Positions 12,931 through 26,289 of a stretch of 64,000 bases of DNA are shown in pieces; position 1 is the stretch's first letter; each line of letters begins with the position of its first letter. The notes beneath the pieces are model-generated. The model did no database searches and was not told where the DNA came from. It worked only from the letters and a program-made list of their open reading frames with translations. A program made the translations under genes and the position numbers. Source of the stretch: Octopus vulgaris (lineage: Eukaryota); the NCBI GenBank assembly GCA_951406725.2, contig OX597828.1, positions 30,132,001-30,196,000 of the forward strand, in the 5' to 3' direction.

Positions 12931-15492
12931 TAAATGCAGATTAATTTGTTAATTTGTTTCTGAACTTCTGTATGTTTGCTTCCATTAGCTCTCTTTCCAA
13001 ATATGCTGTTGTCGTCTCACGTCACTGCTTTAGATATTATGCTTCTTACTTTTTTTTTCGTTTGCTACTTTATTCTTTTATTTATATTTATGTATTTACA
13101 CATTATCTTATACATTTTATGCGATAAAGTTCCTTTTACGAATGCCCTCAGTAATATAAGGGGGTGGCGGTAATGTATTAAAAACAAACAAACAAAATAG
13201 CAAATAAAGTTCTTTACTCGCAAACAATCTAATCTAACTATAAAAGTTTGTGGCCACTCACAGGGGAGATGCTCTGTGATAGTCTACAAGGAATTGGTAA
13301 TTTGATGATGCGTACTAACACCTGCAGACATCGGTGGGCAATTCTATGAAATGGGATCAAACAACACTCTCTTCGATGGAATTCAATTATATTTGTTCCG
13401 ATATGCCATTAGACATTAGGAAAGGTTGATTTCATGATTACTTTTACATAGTTTGTTATTTTATTGCTGTTTTTACAATGTCGTTACCGTTACTGGCGTT
13501 GATATGTTGCAAGCATTAACGCCATCACTAATGGATTTAACTTTCAAAATCGCCTCTGATGTTCTCCCATATTATTTAAATAAAGTAGATATATTCTATG
13601 TTTTTCGTAACATTAAGGCATACTCTGAACTTTTAAATGTCCTCTCTGTGTTAGTTACCAGTTACTCAAAATATATAACACAATTATTAGTTTGTTTTAT
13701 TTTGTTAAAGTATATTATTAGTGATATCGTATTTTGAAACGTGCAGAAAGTTCTTAGAAAACCTAATTTTGCTTAAAATTACTTCTGATTTTGCTAGCAT
13801 TTAGTGGCAAATAAATGTTTATATTTGAAATATAAAAATGTATAAATAATATGCACGACAAAGAACAGAAATATCAAAACTACTTTGAAAACTAATTTGG
13901 CATTTGGTATAATGAATGCTATGTTACAAGTTCGAACATTTGCGTGATTCGTGTTCTTCTTATGTTGAATTGGTTTCAATTTCATTGATTTTTTCTTTTA
14001 TTGTTTTTTGAAATACAGTTTTTCTCTTCTTACATCAACAAAGTACAATTATACGAAATCAGCCATGAATAGTCAGGTCTACGATCGAAGTTTATTAGTC
14101 ATGACCAACAAGACTTGTAATCAGATATATTCTATCTGGATCTATATTATTCAATAAGACCTTCATTTTTGTCAACGTTATGGTATGGTGTAAGGCAGAT
14201 ATGGTTGCTGTTTCTTGCAAAAGAAACAAAAATAGAGAAACTCTCCATTGACTCGTAAAATAATCATATTTACTATAAATTTTAAAAAAGAAAGGCATAG
14301 TAATTCAATTGTTTCTCTCGTATGCAATTTTGTTTGATATACACTATGCAGAATCAGCAGGATTTAGTAACACCGCATTTTCCTGATGTAGGTATAGAAT
14401 TTGGGGAAAGGAAATTTGTTAATGTGACATTTGGACGAAAAACTTACTTTGCGAAAACATAACCTTGTGCCTCAGCGCCCATATCTTCGCTTCTTCTTCT
14501 CCACTCACGCTTTCTCTTCCTTGTTTCACGAAATGTATGTTACAAATACCTGGGTGGTGGTGAAAATATATTATACAATTGTGAAAAAAAAAATGACCGA
14601 AAAATCTTGAACCAAGTTAGAAAATATATGAAGGGCTTTCTTCTTAAAATAAGTGGACATTCAGCAATTCATTTGCACCAGCAACACTTACTCCAGATTA
14701 TGGCGTGTGTAGAAGGAATTCACCCCGTGGAAATAAAACACTGAAGATTCTGGCATGAACTGCAAATGTCTACCAAATAAGTGATTCTGAATGGTTCTCT
14801 CTCATGCGAAAAGGTGGATGTTTAAGTTGTGTGAGACGAAAGGTTTTAGCGTCCACTGTTATCGCGTAAACAGCAGCCACTTAACAATTGACGACGAAAC
14901 TAAATAAAGCAACCATATGCTGAAATGTGAAGTGAATAAACTTGAAGCAGTTTCCAATGACTCTGAAGAGAACCCAATTTTGCACTCCTAGCATACCCAA
15001 GAAATTTATTGAACAATAAAGAGCAAAACGTATCCATTTTGTGGAGAGAGAAAAAGTCGTGGGAATTGGTGAATATTAGTCATCAGAAGTGAAAGATTCA
15101 GAGAATTTGGTAAAGTGTCGAAAGTATAGTAATAAACTGCTAAAAAGTATAAAAGGTAAGAGATAATTATGATGGACAACCTTATAAAAAAGACATGGCG
15201 AACAAGTTTAAAGTCAGTGATGATGGACTTGGTGTAAAAAGTAAATGGCGTTGAGGAAAGAATTTATATTTTTGAGAAAAGTGTAAATAGTGAGGGAAGA
15301 TAAAAATCAGAAATAGGATGTCTGCATACGTTACAATACTAATTAAAGAGTAACTGGCGATCAGGCGAATATGACAATTCTAAATGTGGGAAGAAAAAAT
15401 GTGTGATGCACATCTTTCGGTCGGAGTGTTACAATAATTTTAAACTTGAATGGACAAAGGGTGAAGAATGTGCGCGACTAAGTATACGTGCA

Positions 15493-15535
<43 letters not shown>

Positions 15536-15780
15536 GTGTGTGAGTGTGTGTGTGTGAGAGAGAGAGAGTATATACTGGTCTGTGTGTGCATGAGTGCATA
15601 TCAGAAGAATTAGAGTATAAGAAAACCAGTGTGTGCGAGCACGAGACGAGTGCATATGTGAAGAGATGTGAGTATATGGGTGCATGCGTACCGGCATGGA
15701 ATTATGTGTGAGTATGCCAAAGTGCATGCTGGTAGAGAGAGAAAGTAGGCATATGTGTTTGCTTGTGTGTATATGTGTGA

Positions 15781-16008
15781 TGGCGCCTGGCTTAATGATT
15801 AGGGCATTCGACTCACGATCGAAAGGTCGTGAGTTCAATTCCTGGTGACGCGTTTTGTGTCTGGGCAAGGCACTTTATCTCACGTTGCTCCAGTCCACTC
15901 AGCTGTCAAAAATGAGTAGTACCTGTATTTTAAAGGGTCAGCCTTGTCAAACTCTATGTTACGCTGAATCTCTCAGAGCACTAGTTAAGGGTACAAGTCT
16001 CTGTGGAA
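15781..16008 (+). mobile_element. tRNA-headed SINE family D
   Basis: tggcttaatgattagg (A box), gagttcaattc (B box), then tgtgtctgggcaaggcactttat...gctccagtccactcagctg...aatgagtag central domain. Confidence 0.8.
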
Positions 16009-17039
16009 AGCAAAGCTTAAGCTTTATTTTGTGGAACTTACCCATTTGTTCGATACCAACAGTGTAGAAAAGAGGGTTTGCTAAGGGAAACTGTTAGTCT
16101 CATCTCCCCTTTCAGCTAATGGAAAAAGGAATAAAACCAACGCTATCGACTTAGCAAATCTGTTCCCATATTTAGATTATCGGGTTGAAATAATTCAAAG
16201 AAAGCCATTCATAATGCTTTTATTTGCGTATCTATGTGTATGTGAACGTATACTAATGACTGTGTGTCTGTGTACTTCTGTGTATACGTGTATACAAAAC
16301 ATCAACAAATTATGCAATACATAAAATAACTATAAGATTATTAGGAGCGATTAAACTACGAATTAATATTATCATTTCTCTGATATCGCTTTATCGCTTT
16401 TAGGCAAGGCTACTGGTTTTATTGTAGATTGCAAGCTTTATGTAGGAGTTATGTATTGTTGAAGCATAGATCTATATTGTGAATCTATGGTTTAAAGTTG
16501 CAGAAAAGCAAAATTGAGAATTTCAAATATTCTAAACTTAATGTTTGATGAAAATAATTTTGGTGTAATTGCTAAACGGAAAAGCTGGTAATAGTAAGCA
16601 TCTAAAAATGCTTTTAATATACGGAGTTGTTTTAGCATAGGCATGTCGCACTCGGCATGGGTGTTATACACATACACACACGTATGCACGCACGCACACA
16701 CACACAAATGCTGTTTAAGCATGGACACGACGCAGTCGGCATAGGTGTTATACACACACACACACTTTTATATTTTCATGTATGTATACATGTGTGCATT
16801 ATATTTATATCTATCTATGCGCGCTCACACACGCACATACATACACTCATATATACACGGGAAAAAAACTAAGAAAACGTTGAAAAAGATACATCAAATT
16901 TGTGTACAGATATTTATGCTTTGTTTAACTAGCAAACAATAAACTTCGAGGAAATAATTAAAATCTGTAGTTATAAATATGAAGATATAGCGATAAGGTC
17001 TTTCAAATATATGTTTTTGTGTTATTGTTTTAACTGACA

Positions 17040-17656
17040 ATAAGGAGGCGACCTAGGGCGGTGAGCTGGCAGAATCGCTACTAGCACGCCGGGCGAAATG
17101 CTTAGCGGTACTTCGTCTGTCGTTACGTTCTGAGTTTAAATTCCGCCGAGGTCGACTTTGCCTTTCATCCTTTCGGGGTCGATTAAATAAGTACCAGTAA
17201 CGCACTGGGGTCGATATAATCGACTTAATACCTATGTCTGTCCTTGTTTGTCCTCTCTGTGTTTAGCACCTTGTGGGTAGTAAAGAAATAGGTACTTCGT
17301 CTGTCGTTACGTTCTGAGTTTAAATTCCGCCGAGGTATACTTTGCCTTTCATCCTTTCGGGGTTGATAAATTAAGTACCAGTTGTGTACTGGCGTTGACC
17401 TAATCGACTGGCCCTCTCCCCCAAAATTTCTGGCCTTGTGGCTAATGTAGAAAAGAATAAGGAGGCGACCTGGCAGAGTCGTTAGCGCGCCGGGCGAAAT
17501 GTTTAGCGCCATTTCGTTCTGAATTCAAATTCCGCCGAGGTCATCTTTGCATTACATCCTTTCGGGGTAGATAAATTAAGTACATGTGAAACAGTGAGGT
17601 CGAGCTAGTCCCCTCCCCCAAAATTTCAGGCCTTACACCTATAGTAGAAAGCATCA
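17040..17656 (+). mobile_element. Nested/tandem cluster of three SINE family A bodies
   Basis: Three gttctga...aaattccgccgagg...catcctttcgggg cores. Outer direct repeat ttttaactgaca at 17028-17039 and 17657-17668; inner direct repeat aataaggaggcgacct at about 17039 and 17457. Confidence 0.9.
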
Positions 17657-18217
17657 TTTTAACTGACACGTATGAATAAAGTAACACAAACGGGAAGGAG
17701 TGACGGAAAAGATAGCCATACCACGCTACTTCGTATAGATAGAGGTGTCTACTTTTGTATGTTTTGTGGCTAATGAGGTTTTGTTATAGAAGAAAAATAA
17801 TCATATATTATTGACCATGTACCAGTTAACGCTTATATTCAGCTTGTCACATTTTTGTCGGATTCTTCAATCTGATTTTCCTGTGTGTGGATTAAATCAA
17901 CAAGTATACACATATGTCTATGTATAGAAGCATTTATAAATACATATACATACATATATACACACATACACACAGACACACACACAAACACACATGTGTG
18001 TGTCTGTGAGTATGTAGAAATGTACTTATATATTTTCCAATGAATCCGAAACGATACATTCCTGTTCTTGTAAAGTGTCATTGTTATGTATTAATATATG
18101 ATCGTCGAACGTCGTATATTCAGTGATTAATCGTAAATTGTGTTATTTGTCACTTATATTTGAACAGGGACATTAATAGTAATGCATCACAACACAGAAA
18201 CAAATACATGCATATCC

Positions 18218-18390
<173 letters not shown>

Positions 18391-18499
18391 TAAATGCAGG
18401 CATGTAAGAAGTAAATTAAACACTCTTATAATCATTAAAAATTATTTAAATCTGAAATTATACATTCAAATTATCTTTTAGTTGTTATAATATGAACAC

Positions 18500-19295
18500 T
18501 TAATATTTAGTAGGCATGCTCTTTGCATTTATCAATACAAGGGTCCTATTAGGCATGTTACTGATCAAATGGTGGATATTCTCTTGCGGAATTTCTAACT
18601 TAGCTTCATGCAATAATCTCAAATGATCTGGCTTTGAAGATGCTTTCTTCTTCAGTTTATGGAATGTCCTGTCCATTATTCCCTAGAATATCTTGTGACT
18701 GTCTTGGCTATGGAAGTTTTCTAAAGCCATTCTTTTCCAATAAATCTTGGGTCATTTTAATCGTGTGACAAGGAATTCCGTCTTCCACAAAAAGAGAATC
18801 TTCTTTAATCATTTCACGACTAGAGAAATTTGGAAAGAGTCCTTTCTGCAATATGGACGCATATTTATTTGAGTATGTGTTTCCCTCACACTCCACCAGT
18901 TCTGATCAACAATTGATCCAAATTGTCCCCAGACCATCACATAATAGCTGCTGTGTTTCCTTGTTGGTTGCAATTTTTCGCATCAAATTCTTCATCACAG
19001 AGTCTCCAGACCTACACTCGACCGGCAAATCCGGACTCATTAGAGAACATGACAGTGTTCCAAAATGCTAGGACCCGAAACAGTGTGTATTCTCTCTTCG
19101 TGACTTCTGTAACCTATTGATGTCTGCTGTGGGGATGAATTCTGGACTCACTGAACCGCGCAGGAAAGCCGTTTCCAAGTCACATTTATTAAGAAATTAC
19201 AGTAGTGACAGAGAGTGATGTTTGCTGCCGGATCAATTAGAGTCTCTCGCATTTGCAGTTATTATTTTTCAATACTTGAATTTCATTACTTCATT
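18500..19295 (-). mobile_element. Decayed Tc1-family transposase
   Basis: Minus-strand motifs FWNTVMFSNESGF, LQPTRKH..VMVWG, KYASILQKGL, FVEDGIPCHT, LP*PRQSQD correspond to Tc1 FSDESxF, KHGGGSVMVWG, QDNAPxH, WPSQSPD. Confidence 0.85.
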
Positions 19296-19302
19296 GTGTA
19301 TA

Positions 19303-19516
19303 CTCTTTACTTTTTTACTTGTTTCAGTCATTTGACAGCGGCCATGCTGGAGCACCGCCTTTAGTAGAACAAATCGACCCCAGGACTTATTCTTCGTAAG
19401 CCCAGTACTTATGCTTTCGGTCTCTTTTGCCGAACCGCTAAGTGACGGGGACGTAAACACACCAGCAATGCTAGGGGGACAAACACAGACACACAAACAC
19501 ATATACACACACACAC

Positions 19517-19553
<37 letters not shown>

Positions 19554-19722
19554 TATATACGACAGGCTTCTTTCAGTTTCCGTCTACCAAATCCACTCAC
19601 AAGGCATTGGTCGGCCCGGGGCTATAGCAGAAGACACTTGTCCAAGGTGCCACGCAGTGGGACTGAACCCGGAACCATGTGGTTTGTTAGCAAGCTACTT
19701 ACCACACAGCCACTCCTGCGCC
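19303..19722 (-). mobile_element. Full-length SINE family B (tRNA head, internal microsatellite)
   Basis: Minus-strand head ggcgcaggagtggctgtgtggtaag...gggttcagtccc; highly similar to 59637-60053. Confidence 0.92.
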
Positions 19723-20464
19723 TATGGAGATGTTTAGCATGGAAACGCTGCACAAATGCTGCTTACAAGTCCTGTGCTGATATATTGTTGTATAGATAAG
19801 CTATACATTAAAAATGTTAAAATGCGTTAAAAGAAGGTGACATCCACACAATAGAATGTATATCAAATAACTGATGAAAACTCAACCTCTACCAAGAAAT
19901 ATTCATGCGGTCCTTTTCAAATACAAATAACAATTGAATTTTAGTAGAATTCGTGCTTAATAATTAAGCATAAACCAAGTAACGTAGTGATTAGGGAGAC
20001 GACTTTTAGCTTCACTGAGCAACCGCTCAATTTTTGTTGTTTGGTTCAATGAATTTAATATTTGTATTAGACACATACTGAATTCCATTGTAGCAAGTCA
20101 CTAACAGATTTATTGGTAATATTGTTTGAAAAGAAAATTGAATTTATAATTACTGTAAAGTTATATGTACTTTTTGCGTGGCTTTTCGATTAAGAGAGAC
20201 AATCTTCTAAGCTTAGGCGCGTTGTAACTGAAGTGATAAATATCTAAAATATTCACTCATTAAAACTCGTTGCAGAACTTGAAATGTTTCTTTGTTATGC
20301 AATGTGTAATCGCATTGCACTTCCATTATCATTTGTATCAAACGGTAAAACATTAAGATTGAAAATGTTTTATATATAAAACTAATCATTTGAAAATGAT
20401 CTTAAACAAAATCGTGTGATTAAAAATTTACATTAATACCTAAATTCTAACTTTACTGTGCCAT

Positions 20465-20655
20465 ATATGATGGTGCGATTGATGATAACACTGATGAGCC
20501 TGGTGATGATAGAGACTAATATACCAAAAACGCTTCCGATACCGACGTCAGTTACAATGGGTGTGGTTGTAATGGTGATGATAATGATTATGATGTTGGT
20601 GTTGGAGATATTAATGGGGGGGGGGGTTGTAATGACGATGATACTGATAATAATC
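20465..20655. repeat. Degenerate (ATG/GAT)n trinucleotide tract
   Basis: Eroded gat/gtt/ggt periodicity. Confidence 0.7.
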
Positions 20656-21030
20656 TGCATATATGCTGAAGCGTTAAAATGATGTGAGGAATAATCTTTG
20701 ATTGGTAGTGGCGCCCGTACATTGCATGTACTTGAGACTATTATGTAACATAATTATGAAATCGTAGCTGCAACGCACTCAATAACAAATCAATCATACC
20801 ATTACATCGCATGCAAACTTCGGCACAAGATTTTAGGAAAATATATATATATGTATATATAATATTAATTATATTTTTTGATAATTTTGTTACATATTTA
20901 AATAATATAAATTAATCATATGTATTGGCTTAAGCCTTTCATTGTTTGATTTGCCTAATGGTGGTTTTGTCTCTAATTTAATATAATGTATATATATATA
21001 TATATATATATTCATATATATATATGTACA

Positions 21031-21137
<107 letters not shown>

Positions 21138-22406
21138 ATATATTATACAGAGAAGCTTCTATGAAAGATATTTGCAAAAATATATTTGAATGTACCACTC
21201 CTCATGTTTTGCACTATATTAACATTTTCATTTTGGGAATATTTCGAATTTCACAAAAACGCACCAATATAGAATTTTTTTTTTCATTTTTATTTGTTAT
21301 TCATATAAAACAGTCTCACTCCTCAAAATTGACATTTCCCTTTTAAGCAGATCTAAAATGCTGCACCATATTTATATATATTTATATAACTTTCAGAAAT
21401 CTTTCAAAAATGTTGCATTCGTACTACATTTCTGAAACTTGTAAAAGTTGCAGAATTCGGAAATTTGCGAATTTCGATATATCTGAAATTTGAAAAGAAG
21501 ATTGTATACCGTAATATGTAGAACAATACTACTCATGCATTGTAACATATATGAATTGCAATGTAGACTTTAAATTTCTAAATATTCGCATTGTTAACCT
21601 CATATTTAATCAAGAAACATTTCAATTACGATCAGTATCTCTGAGCATTTTATTTTGTAGACTCATATTCATGAACGTGTGCAATACAGTGCACTGAATT
21701 AGAGCATTAGACCTTAACATCTGCGTAAATTTGGCATTAATTTAAAAGTTTTAGATTGTTTCAGATTATTTGTTACTAAATATAGAAATATACAACTCAA
21801 GTCAGTACCAGGCATCGACTTCACTTCTCTCTCTCTCCCTCGCTCTCTCTCTCTCTCACATACACACACACATGCACGGACATACATACTTATATGCATA
21901 AACATATGGGTCATATATATATATATAATTCTGTTTCTAAATGTCTTGCTTCGAGAGCTGCATTCGTTACGATTCGTTTATTTTTGGTAGTAATGACTTT
22001 GAAAGTCCCTCCTAGCGTGTGGCATTTATGTGTAATAATGCCCTCTATATAATATGAAAAAATATGTATATATATATATACATACATTTCCTTTAAACCC
22101 TGCTGACTCGGAAGCCTACTGCGGATTCGTAGCTACTGCCTCAGCTGTGAGCTTGGAGTCTCAGAGATGTCCAATTATACCATTTACGCAGCGTACTTAT
22201 TGCTTTAGATCATCACTAAACTAAACCCCTCATATTCTTTATACATACATACATACATACACAGACACAGACACATACACGCACACACACACAGACACAC
22301 ACACACACAAATTTATATGTATCGCAAAATCCTAAATTTTATCTAATTTGCTTTGCGGGAGCAACTGTTTTATCGAAAGCATGTGTTATTGTTAAATGCT
22401 CGAATA

Positions 22407-22438
<32 letters not shown>

Positions 22439-22460
22439 GATTATATTATATAGATCATAT

Positions 22461-22500
<40 letters not shown>

Positions 22501-23099
22501 AATATATATATTATATATATTATATAGTTTATATTATATATACATTATATATATATATATATATATACTGGTTCTTTGATTTTCTAAGTTCATTCTTTTT
22601 ACTATTGATACAAGTGTTTGCCTAAGTGTTCTATGAATACAGATGAATGTAGAGTGAAGTCAATTGGAAAGAAAGCCAGTTGATATAACTATCATTAGAC
22701 TCCAAAGATGTACATAACAAGTAAACAATATACGACAAATCTTAATGTCATATGGGTCAATGTGTTACGTGTGCTATTGAATAGCAATTAAAGTGCTAAT
22801 AAATAACATAATTGACGTATGATGTGAAATGTCAAGGTCAGTCACATTATTCATGGCCACTGGGTTTCTGTTTAAATGATTACTGTGATTTGAGGTAGCC
22901 GTGCTTATTGCGAGAAATGACGTACGGCAGGATAGAAATATCGGTTGGATTGATTTGTGTTGAACACCAGTGTGTTGTTCGTCCGTTGTGCTTCTTATAT
23001 TTGTTAAAATACCTATTCAGCAAACACACATGCACACACCATAAACACACGTTAAAAAACACACACACTGAAACATATGGATAATTGGATGGGTGTATA

Positions 23100-23164
<65 letters not shown>

Positions 23165-23481
23165 GCGTATATATATATATATATATCAGTAATAATAAAG
23201 GGTGAAATTAATTAATTTGGAATAATTATCAATTACACCAAGTAGATTTCGGCATGTAAAAGCCCCATTCGAGGAAAATTTAAGTAATACTAAGTAATTA
23301 AGGGTTTAGCAACGAATTGCCTCACCAACACACCGAATTTAGAAATAGCAGTCAAAGAGATATAGCTATTCCTTCTACTAAAAGGGGGATCTCAGTAAAA
23401 ACACAGCACTTGAAAGGCAAACACAGACAGGTAAGAAAGAAAGAATGAAATGACGGCAATCTATCATACAATTTTAAGTTA

Positions 23482-23573
23482 CCTACGGACGTACGTTTCG
23501 AAATCAAGTTTTAGGAGAGCATAAGAATTAGAAAATTCTACTTTACCCAAACTTCTTTTCTCATCGGCGCAGG
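23482..23573 (-). ncRNA. Type I hammerhead ribozyme motif (U4C core variant), unit 1
   Basis: CCTGCG-CCGATGA-gaaa..aagttt..aaactt..tttc-GAAAC-GTAC-GTC-CGTAGG. Confidence 0.75.
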
Positions 23574-24069
23574 ATACTACAATTATGAATAATTGTATAT
23601 TAAATTTTGAGATACTAGAAGGCATTATCTCAACTCAGTGTCAGAGCGAGCCAAAGCATGACCAGTACCACGAAATTCAAAGTTTGAATGAAAGTTTGTG
23701 TCACCAGCCCCCTTCCACCCGCGTGTAGCCAAGACAAAATGCTGCGGTCATTTACTGGGATAAAATATGGTTATCAGTAATAATAAAGGGTGAAATTAAT
23801 TAATTTGGAATAATTATCAATTACACCAAGTAGATTTCGCCATGTAAAAGCCCCATTCGAGGAAAATTTAAGTAATACTAAGTAATTAAGGGTTTAGCAA
23901 CGAATTGCCTCACCAACACACCGAATTTAGAAATAGCAGTCAAAGAGATATAGCTATTCCTTCTACTAAAAGGGGGATCTCAGTAAAAACACAGCACTTG
24001 AAAGGCAAACACAGACAGGTAAGAAAGAAAGAATGAAATGACGGCAATCTATCATACAATTTTAAGTTA

Positions 24070-24161
24070 CCTACGGACGTACGTTTCGAAATCAAGTTTT
24101 AGGAGAGCATAAGAATTAGAAAATTCTACTTTACCCAAACTTCTTTTCTCATCGGCGCAGG
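24070..24161 (-). ncRNA. Hammerhead ribozyme motif, unit 2
   Basis: Identical to unit 1, offset 588 bp. Confidence 0.75.
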
Positions 24162-24657
24162 ATACTACAATTATGAATAATTGTATATTAAATTTTGAGA
24201 TACTAGAAGGCATTATCTCAACTCAGTGTCAGAGCGAGCCAAAGCATGACCAGTACCACGAAATTCAAAGTTTGAATGAAAGTTTGTGTCACCAGCCCCC
24301 TTCCACCCGCGTGTAGCCAAGACAAAATGCTGCGGTCATTTACTGGGATAAAATATGGTTATCAGTAATAATAAAGGGTGAAATTAATTAATTTGGAATA
24401 ATTATCAATTACACCAAGTAGATTTCGGCATGTAAAAGCCCCATTCGAGGAAAATTTAAGTAATACTAAGTAATTAAGGGTTTAGCAACGAATTGCCTCA
24501 CCAACACACCGAATTTAGAAATAGCAGTCAAAGAGATATAGCTATTCCTTCTACTAAAAGGGGGATCTCAGTAAAAACACAGCACTTGAAAGGCAAACAC
24601 AGACAGGTAAGAAAGAAAGAATGAAATGACGGCAATCTATCATACAATTTTAAGTTA

Positions 24658-24749
24658 CCTACGGACGTACGTTTCGAAATCAAGTTTTAGGAGAGCATAA
24701 GAATTAGAAAATTCTACTTTACCCAAACTTCTTTTCTCATCGGCGCAGG
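24658..24749 (-). ncRNA. Hammerhead ribozyme motif, unit 3
   Basis: Identical to unit 1, offset 1176 bp. Confidence 0.75.
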
Positions 24750-25249
24750 ATACTACAATTATGAATAATTGTATATTAAATTTTGAGATACTAGAAGGCA
24801 TTATCTCAACTCAGTGTCAGAGCGAGCCAAAGCATGACCAGTACCACGAAATTCAAGTAGAAGGAATAGATATATCTCTTTGACTGCTATTTCTAAATTC
24901 GGTGTGTTGGTGAGGCAATTCGTTGCTAAACCCTTAATTACTTAGTATTACTTAAATTTTCCTCGAATGGGGCTTTTACATGCCGAAATCTACTTGGTGT
25001 AATTGATAATTATTCCAAATTAATTAATTTCACCCTTTATTATTACTGATAACCATATTTTATCCCAGTAAATGACCGCAGCATTTTGTCTTGGCTACAC
25101 GCGGGTGGAAGGGGGCTGGTGACACAAACTTTCATTCAAACTTTGAATTTCGTGGTACTGGTCATGCTTTGGCTCGCTCTGACACTGAGTTGAGATAATG
25201 CCTTCTAGTATCTCAAAATTTAATATACAATTATTCATAATTGTAGTAT

Positions 25250-25341
25250 CCTGCGCCGATGAGAAAAGAAGTTTGGGTAAAGTAGAATTTTCTAATTCTT
25301 ATGCTCTCCTAAAACTTGATTTCGAAACGTACGTCCGTAGG
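25250..25341 (+). ncRNA. Hammerhead ribozyme motif, inverted unit
   Basis: cctgcg ccgatga gaaaagaagtttggg...cctaaaacttgatttc gaaac gtac gtc cgtagg read directly on the plus strand. Confidence 0.75.
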
Positions 25342-25538
25342 TAACTTAAAATTGTATGATAGATTGCCGTCATTTCATTCTTTCTTTCTTACCTGTCTGT
25401 GTTTGCCTTTCAAACGCTGTGTTTTTACTGAGATCCCCCTTTTAGTAGAAGGAATAGCTATATCTCTTTGACTGCTATTTCTAAATTCGGTGTGTTGGTG
25501 AGGCAATTCGTTGCTAAACCCTTAATTACTTAGTATTA

Positions 25539-25575
<37 letters not shown>

Positions 25576-25944
25576 TAAATTAGATATAAAACCACTATTA
25601 GGCAAATCAAACAGTGAAAAACATAAACCAAAACATAAAAATAAAAATAATTAATATAATATACAAAATATATAAAATACAATATTTAAAAATTTTAATT
25701 ATTTAAATTTAAAATTAAAATTATTAATTTATATCTATATTTATATTTATAATTTTTTTTTATTAAATATATATAACTATCAAAAATATTAAAAAGTTAA
25801 ATAAAAGATAAAAAGTATATATATAGCTACTTATAGACATACATATTCGCAATACACTGTTGTCTACCACTACGAGTGCTACTGTTGATCTGGTCAACGG
25901 AACAACCTGTTCGTGCAATTTAAGTCCAAGTTGTTGTTCATACC

Positions 25945-26174
25945 TATTTCTTTACTACCCACTAGGGCCTAAACACAGAGAGGACAAACAAGGACAGACA
26001 AAGGGATTAAGTCGATTATATCGACCCCAGTTCGTAACTGGTACTTATTTAATCGACCCCGAAAGGATGAAAGGCAAAGTTGACCTCGGCGGAATTTGAA
26101 CTTAGAACGTAACGGCAGACGAAATACGGCTACGCATTTCGCCCGGCGTGCTAACGTTTCTGCCAGCTCGCCGC
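25945..26174 (-). mobile_element. Full-length SINE family A with target-site duplication
   Basis: Flanked by tgttcatacc at 25935-25944 and 26175-26184; head gcggcgagctggcagaaacgttagc. Confidence 0.92.
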
Positions 26175-26184
26175 TGTTCATACC

Positions 26185-26272
26185 ATAGACACGTACATAT
26201 TTGCAGTGGTTCTCGGTGGAATTCAGCGTGACACAGAATCTGACAGGTCTGGTCTTTTGAACTACAGGTAGT
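26185..26272 (-). mobile_element. Fragment of SINE family D 3' region
   Basis: Reverse complement tacctgtagttcaaaagaccag...tgtcacgctgaat resembles 15920-15975. Confidence 0.65.
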
Positions 26273-26289
26273 TTCAATCATCGAATCCA

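Larger units (their letters stand above)
23185..25542. mobile_element. 588-bp unit in about 2.8 tandem copies (23185-24856) plus about 1.2 inverted copies (24856-25542), embedded in (TA)n
   Basis: atcagtaataataaagggtg starts at 23185, 23773 and 24361; exact reverse complement from 24856; only a few substitutions between copies. Confidence 0.95.

Noticed and set aside
16628-16765. About 82-bp diverged tandem pair (gcat.ggtgttatacaca)
   Set aside because: Real but an ordinary microsatellite-associated duplication
20433-20682. Met/Ile-rich ORFs
   Set aside because: Degenerate trinucleotide repeat
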